From assembly GCF_037042905.1 (NCBI RefSeq), contig NC_087259.1:22196001-22260000 (forward strand): a stretch of DNA of 64,000 bases. Direction: 5' to 3'. This document shows, in pieces, positions 57,894 through 64,000 of the stretch. Every line of letters starts with the position of its first letter. Positions within the stretch are counted from its first letter, which is position 1. The notes below the pieces were generated by a model. It was given only the letters and a program-made list of their open reading frames with translations. It ran no database searches and had not been told where the DNA came from. The position numbers and the translations under genes were made by a program. This stretch comes from Lytechinus pictus (lineage: Eukaryota).

Positions 57894-60800
57894 GGTCTTT
57901 CACACTCTTCCCAGTAGTTCATTGCCAGTTAGAGAGAAAGTAAATTCCTTGGTGTATGTGTACAAATGAATACAGATACTACAATAATTCTGTTCTTACC
58001 TATCTTGCGCTTTTTAAAACCTGATGTAACCAAATCCATGCTATATTTACCAAGGAAAATTGAATGGCCTTGGGAAATTTTTGAATATCAAATGTTGAAT
58101 GTATGATTATTTCATTTGCTTATGATATGAAAATTGATACCAGCATTCGTGTGTGGGAATCCTCTTATACGTCAAGGTGTTTATTTACGTAGCCAAGCCA
58201 TGCAACAAGGAGTGATTACCACAGAAGAATTTCTCAATTGAAAGCTGAGAATGTTGGAGCAATTAGTGGGAAATTTAAGAAGCAGTACATTTGACTTTGC
58301 ACTAACTGGTTTTGCTCGTGTATGGGTGTCACTAGTTTTAAAGCCCTTTTTAAACAGTACCTTCGTAAGGCAAGGCTAGTCCTTGTTTTAAGTGTCTTCA
58401 TGTGCATAGTTGTATTTTGAAATCTTAGTTGTAAGCATAAAACCATTTGAGCACAGGTATATAATGTATAACATGATTTTCTTTTTTTTTTAAATAGAAA
58501 GTATTCACTGATATGTTCTGTCCCAGTTTTCAAAGCAACTCTTAATAACCCAGTATGTTTAATCATCTCTAATATACTCTATAGGCCTTCTTTTATGATG
58601 TATGTCAAGCAAGGGATGCATTTATCACGTCACTGGTACCATTTTTTTTTATATATTCCAAATGATATTATCTATTTAAAGATTCTGCCATGCATCGTGA
58701 CGACAGATTTAGTGGATCATGTAGCAGAGATATATTATTCTACTTAGAATATACCGTTTGTACATAAGATATTTTTTTGTTTTGTACATGTTTTGTACAT
58801 GGTACCAAATTGTATCGTCAAACTATTCACACAAGAGCAATTAATCTGTCTGAGGGTTGATCCTTGGCATGGCGTGTGTATTTCAATCTGATGAAGTTGA
58901 AAAATGTCTGAAGATTGAGACTAGCAACAGATGAGGGGGATGAATGTCTTAATTGGCAAGAAACTTGCAATCAATTTCAAGGCAATTTCATATACCTAAT
59001 TCAATCATGAATGTGTAATTAATTTGCAAATTTTACAAGTGATTTCTGGCCAGTTTGCAGTTGACTTGCTGTAGATTAATATAATTTTTCTATTGCAAGT
59101 TTGCAATTGATATTTTTCAGCAGTCCATAAATCGATCATAAGACTTGTAGTTGATCACTAGCCTGCTTCTTGCAATGGAAAATACAAATTTACTTGCTAG
59201 TGATAAAATCCAACTATCGAAGTTTGCACTTGATATTGTTGATCAATCTCAAATAAGTTCCTTTAGAACACACAGTTCATCATCAAGTAATTAGTGCTAA
59301 GTCACACCAGAGAAATTGATTACAAATAGATCATATCTGTTACATTATTTCAAATTGGTTATTGGTAGGTTTGGAATTTGTTTTGTTGATGTGACTACTG
59401 CATAAGAGTCTTGCTACCAATCGAGCTCTGTAGCAGGGTGTGGTTCAGCTTACAGTTGTAATTATTCTGTCATTGACATTGTTAAACATAAAGTATTCTT
59501 CGTTCAAGTAACTCAGGCTAATTGATTGGAATACGCATGCCACGCCGAGGAGCTATCCTCTCCCAACTCTTCTGATCTTTTATCAATTTTGATTTCTCTC
59601 CTCTTTCTTCTCCCTCGTGTGAAATATCTAGCTTTAGTCTGTTTAAGCAACAGTGTATGTCTGTGAATAGTTGATGATCAGTGTTGAAATTACTAGAGGT
59701 GGAGAAAGTTTGTGTTTAGAATATTATGTAATCTTTTATGTTATGTCTTGGAGAGAGCAGGCCTCTAAAGAGAGAGAAAAAAAAATTATGAAAAAAGTAA
59801 AGTGTTTTAATTTGATTGCAGCCAGCAGTATTGAATATTGCATGGATAGGGCTTGTCTGCTATAGCACATCGTAAACTTAAAACTACCTTATATTCAATA
59901 TGTATTTGGATGTTTAATGATTCAAAATGGTATCATGCCAAATGGTAATAATGCTTAGATTTGAATAGAAAAATTGTACAATCTACTGTACCTGAATATT
60001 TACTGAGAGAGGTTTTCTAAGAATGTAATACTAATGAATCCTTACAATTCATTTGAAATATAAGACTCAAGCTTGATATTGTAAAATATGATAAAATTAA
60101 ACTTTTGAATTAAATGTTTGTACAATATCTATCTTCTAAAGAAAAACTATTGATGGCTTATTTGAATAAATCTTTTGTCTACTTTATAGCGCTTGACAAG
60201 AATTAAGCATATATGTATCTATCCATGCAATATTCAATTGGTTTTCATGTCTAAAGCCAGAGTGAGTATGGATCGATATTAAAACAGTAACATTTTACTA
60301 TTTTTTCAGCTCCTGTCACGGATGCTTTATTATAGAATATTTCATTGAACATACTTCTGTGTTCTTGTTTTTTCAAGTTTATTGTCTTATAGATTATTCC
60401 CATTTTCCAGTGATGAAGAGGTTAACAAATAACAATTTCTCATGTTCTGGTGTGTTGTTTATGGGTAAATTAGGAAGTACTGATTTTTCAGTTTCAGAGA
60501 GCTATCTTTATCTTTCCTTGGACAGACAGAAATATCTTCTTAACTAAAAGGATTGCAAAATATAAGATTCATGAATCCATCACATGATTTATCATTTATC
60601 TATGTTATATTATATTTTAGAAAGCCTTCTTTGAAATTATCAGAACTTGATGTATCTGCACTGTGCAATGTAATCTTTACCCAAGGCTTAGTGAGATTTT
60701 GTTTCGAATCAAGAACAAATGATAGATCATGTATCTGGGGACTGTTTCACAAGCAGTTTGATGTGACCTGAGCTAGTGCTTAAGCGCCACATGCACGCTT

Positions 60801-61867
60801 TATTCAACATCGTAGCTCTTTGATGAATATGCTAGAATACATGTCCTTTGGACATGATCTGACCGATTCGGTGATGCATTGTATGTCACCACACGTACCT
60901 CGGAATTTAAGTGTAATCTTTTGTCTCGGTAGTATCATATCTTTTGAAAGTCTATGTGAAATGTCCCCCGGAAGTATAAAGTTTGTATTAAATTCATCTT
61001 TTGTTCAAGTTTCCACTTTCCATTCTCACCCTGGCTTAAGTATTGGTCTAGCTCAAATATCAACTTGAACGATATAAGTAAGTGTGAATGACCATGTATT
61101 GAATGAATGTGCCCTGTTCGCTCTTAGGATATTAATGGCACTTTGTTATTCAAGTGTAAACGCAGTTAAGGGAGATATTGGGCGTGTTCACACAAATTGA
61201 TGTAATTTATTGCTCATGTTCACTTTCAAATGTGTGAAGGGCAATTTTTAATTTAAGTGAATATTTACTATGGACCTTCCTGTGCTATAGAGTTTGGGGA
61301 GGTATAGGTATGTTTACACCCAAAGGGTGTAACAAAACTTGTTTTTCCTGCCAAACAATGAGAATATTAACACACCTGATACTCCCAGATGTAGTACATG
61401 TGATACTTACACTAAGGATGTTAGTAGACAATGTTTCCCGCTGCTGGCAAAATCTTCAACTTGGCTAAGTTTATTTACCTTAGCGCACTTCACTTTTCTT
61501 GAATATCATATTGTTTGTGAAAATTCTACCTTATTCATATATAATACGGAGAGGAGATTCCATTTGAACAATAAATTAAATATGACAGTTATGTGGTCAA
61601 TAAATGTATGTCATCTTTGTTTATTTTTTCTGTTGTCTGTAAATATTGATATCATTATCAAGGTAACTAATAACCCTACACCAGTTGAGGGAAAGGGGTT
61701 AATTTGACCCCCTTACTAATTTTAATACAATTATTTTTATTGTCATGTCATAAAAAAAACACAAAAATTGTCGTCAAGACTCTTAATACAGCTACTGTCT
61801 GAGAGAATCAGGCAAATTTGAAAAAAAGTCGGAAGATGGCGAATTTCTTTCATATTCTGAGGTTTAA

Positions 61868-62190
61868 CCCTATCTAGGCCGGGATGGAGCCTCAGAGGCC
61901 CCCCCCCCCTCGACGATGTGCGAAATATTTTGCCGCGCAAATTTTGTTGACCTCGCCGCTGCTGACTTTACTTTCAAGTCTTGCGCATCTTTTGAGACCA
62001 ATGATTCCGAAATTAGGCAACATTTTGTAGGGTGCATGTCAAAGTCAATGCAAATTGTGTTTTCAACCAAAAATCATAAATCTATGATTATTTTCACTTT
62101 TGCTGGTCTAAATGGATTTATTTCATGCTGTTTATGATCTCAAAAGAGTCCCCGACAAAGTTCATCGAAAAATCAATGACGAAAATAAAA
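61868..62190 (-). mobile_element. Truncated copy of the 15747-16520 piggyBac-like element
   Basis: TTAA|CCCTATCTAGGCC followed by the reverse complement of that element's right end. Confidence 0.85.
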
Positions 62191-62700
62191 GAGACTCCTG
62201 AAAGAATTTGATCTTTCATTTTGTTCATTATTTATTAATTAAAGATTCTTTCTTGAACTGAGGTATTACCAAATCAATCAAGAGCAATGATGCACAATGT
62301 TGCATTTGCTATCAACATCGTCTTCACTTTTATAAAGCTACATTTCACTCTCGTTTGGGCATGTTGAGTCTGCAGCAAGAAGGTGATTTCTTCATTTAAC
62401 CTGTTTCTGCTTTAGCTACAGGCCTGCTTGAATAGTATATTTGTGTTTATTATTGTTTTCATTCTGATGAGGTGAGCGTGAGATCTTCATCATGTGCCTC
62501 ATTTCTCAGTCACCACACTTGATTTACTTCAGATTTTATGGCGAGTTTTACTACCGATCACTAAAACTACTTGTTCCGTGCAATTATTCAGATAGCACCG
62601 TACACTTTGATTTACTTTCTGGTGTTTTTTTTTTAGAGTCAAGCCATTTTTAGCCATCTTTACACTGATCTCCTCCTGGCTGGAATCCATTATTTATAGC

Positions 62701-63249
62701 ATAATAAATAGAGTAAAATTCACTGAGCAAAATGCAGAAAATTTCATTAAAATCGGATAACGAATAACAAAGTTATTGAATTTTAAAGTTTAGCAATATT
62801 TTGTGAAAACAGTCGTCATGAATATTCATTATTCACTTGTTCTTTTGTATTATTCACTTGTTCTTTTGTATTTTATTATATGAAATTAGGTTTATTCAAA
62901 TATTTTCCTCCAAGAACTAGAAAATTGGATTGACAACTGATTTCGTGCATTAGATATTTATTGCTGCAACTTATTTCATTACAAGGGAGACATATTTTTC
63001 ACACAAGTATGAAATAATGAAAAAAAATATGATTTTATGTAATAACATAAGAAAACGGAAAGTGGAGATGTGACATCATCAGCCCACCTAATGAATATTC
63101 ATGACGACTGTTTTCACAAAATATTGCTGAACTTTAAACTTCAATAACTTTATCATTTTTTTTCCGATTTTGATGAAATTTTCGGCATTTTGCTCAGTGA
63201 ATTCTACTCTTTATTACGATAAAAATATTTTTCAGCCCGGACCATCCCT
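62701..63249. mobile_element. Kolobok-like palindromic element, left terminus missing
   Basis: ~130-bp arms (GCAATATTTTGTGAAAACAGTCGTCATGAATATTCATT and reverse complement); ends GGACCATCCCT|TTAA. Confidence 0.8.
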
Positions 63250-64000
63250 TTAACTGCCCACTCTTATAAATGCAATATTTTGACAATTCTTGAGAATGTT
63301 CCTCGGTGTCCATACGGTTTTATATATGCTTATCTTGGACGGATGCACTGTGAATATCTTCATGCGTGCAGCCTTCTCAATGATATTATTGTTAGTCTTT
63401 CTAAGAATATTTGTTGAATATTTGAGCGTTCCTGACCATTATGATATTGGAATCATTCAGATTGTTCAGCATGTAGTTTTTGTATAGGAGAAAAATAGAG
63501 GTTAGTGCTGTTGTTGATGAATGAAGTTTTAAAGACACCCTGGGCCCGGGGGGCACTCACATACATTGGTGGTACGGGGACGTGCCGCTTTGATGACCCC
63601 CCTTTTTCAGACCCTAATTTTTCAGTTCTCTAGATACTCCGAATGCGTATAGTTCAGAAGCCGGCCACAGCCCCGCTCGCAAGACCCCCCCCCCTACCCG
63701 TTACGAGACATCTCAGTTCCCCAGCCCTACCAAATTGTCCATTCTGAGCCATCCAATATAATATAATTATTTTGATAGGTACAGAAGAGGCCGGTCCCTG
63801 GGAATGATTTTTTTTTTTACTGGGGGTGCTGATGTAAATTTAAAGCCAAAAAAAAAAAAGGTTTTTACTACAAAGTGCAGGCAATTTTGGTCTCAAACAG
63901 TTTACAAGCCAAAAAAAAAAAAGTGTTTCACTACAAAATGAAGGTCATTTTGTTACATTTCTCCTTTTTTTACACCTAGAATTCCAGGGGTGCTGCCTAA

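Overview
AT-rich animal genomic DNA with GT-AG introns and two N gaps. The gene structure, the repeat content and the abundant TACATGTA motif suggest an invertebrate deuterostome, probably a sea urchin (inference, not proven). Two + strand genes can be rebuilt exon by exon. (1) ACADM (medium-chain acyl-CoA dehydrogenase): 10 coding exons at 1184-16959; the first coding exon lies upstream of the window. (2) MAP2K7/MKK7 (JNK kinase): 12 coding exons at 30516-50887, 406 aa, followed by a long 3'UTR-like region. Introns and the intergenic region contain many non-autonomous DNA transposons (Harbinger-, piggyBac-, Kolobok-, pogo-, hAT- and MULE/foldback-like, assigned only from TIR/TSD patterns) plus SINE and LINE remnants. 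No transposase ORF, RNA gene or CRISPR array is seen, and I found no clearly novel multi-gene system. The best leads are candidate MKK7 isoform switches (a splice donor overlapping the stop codon, an upstream phase-1 first exon, a cassette exon at the D2 docking site), a transposon TSD that duplicates an ACADM splice donor, a three-level nested insertion with an empty-site paralog in the same window, and inverted 15-bp arrays.
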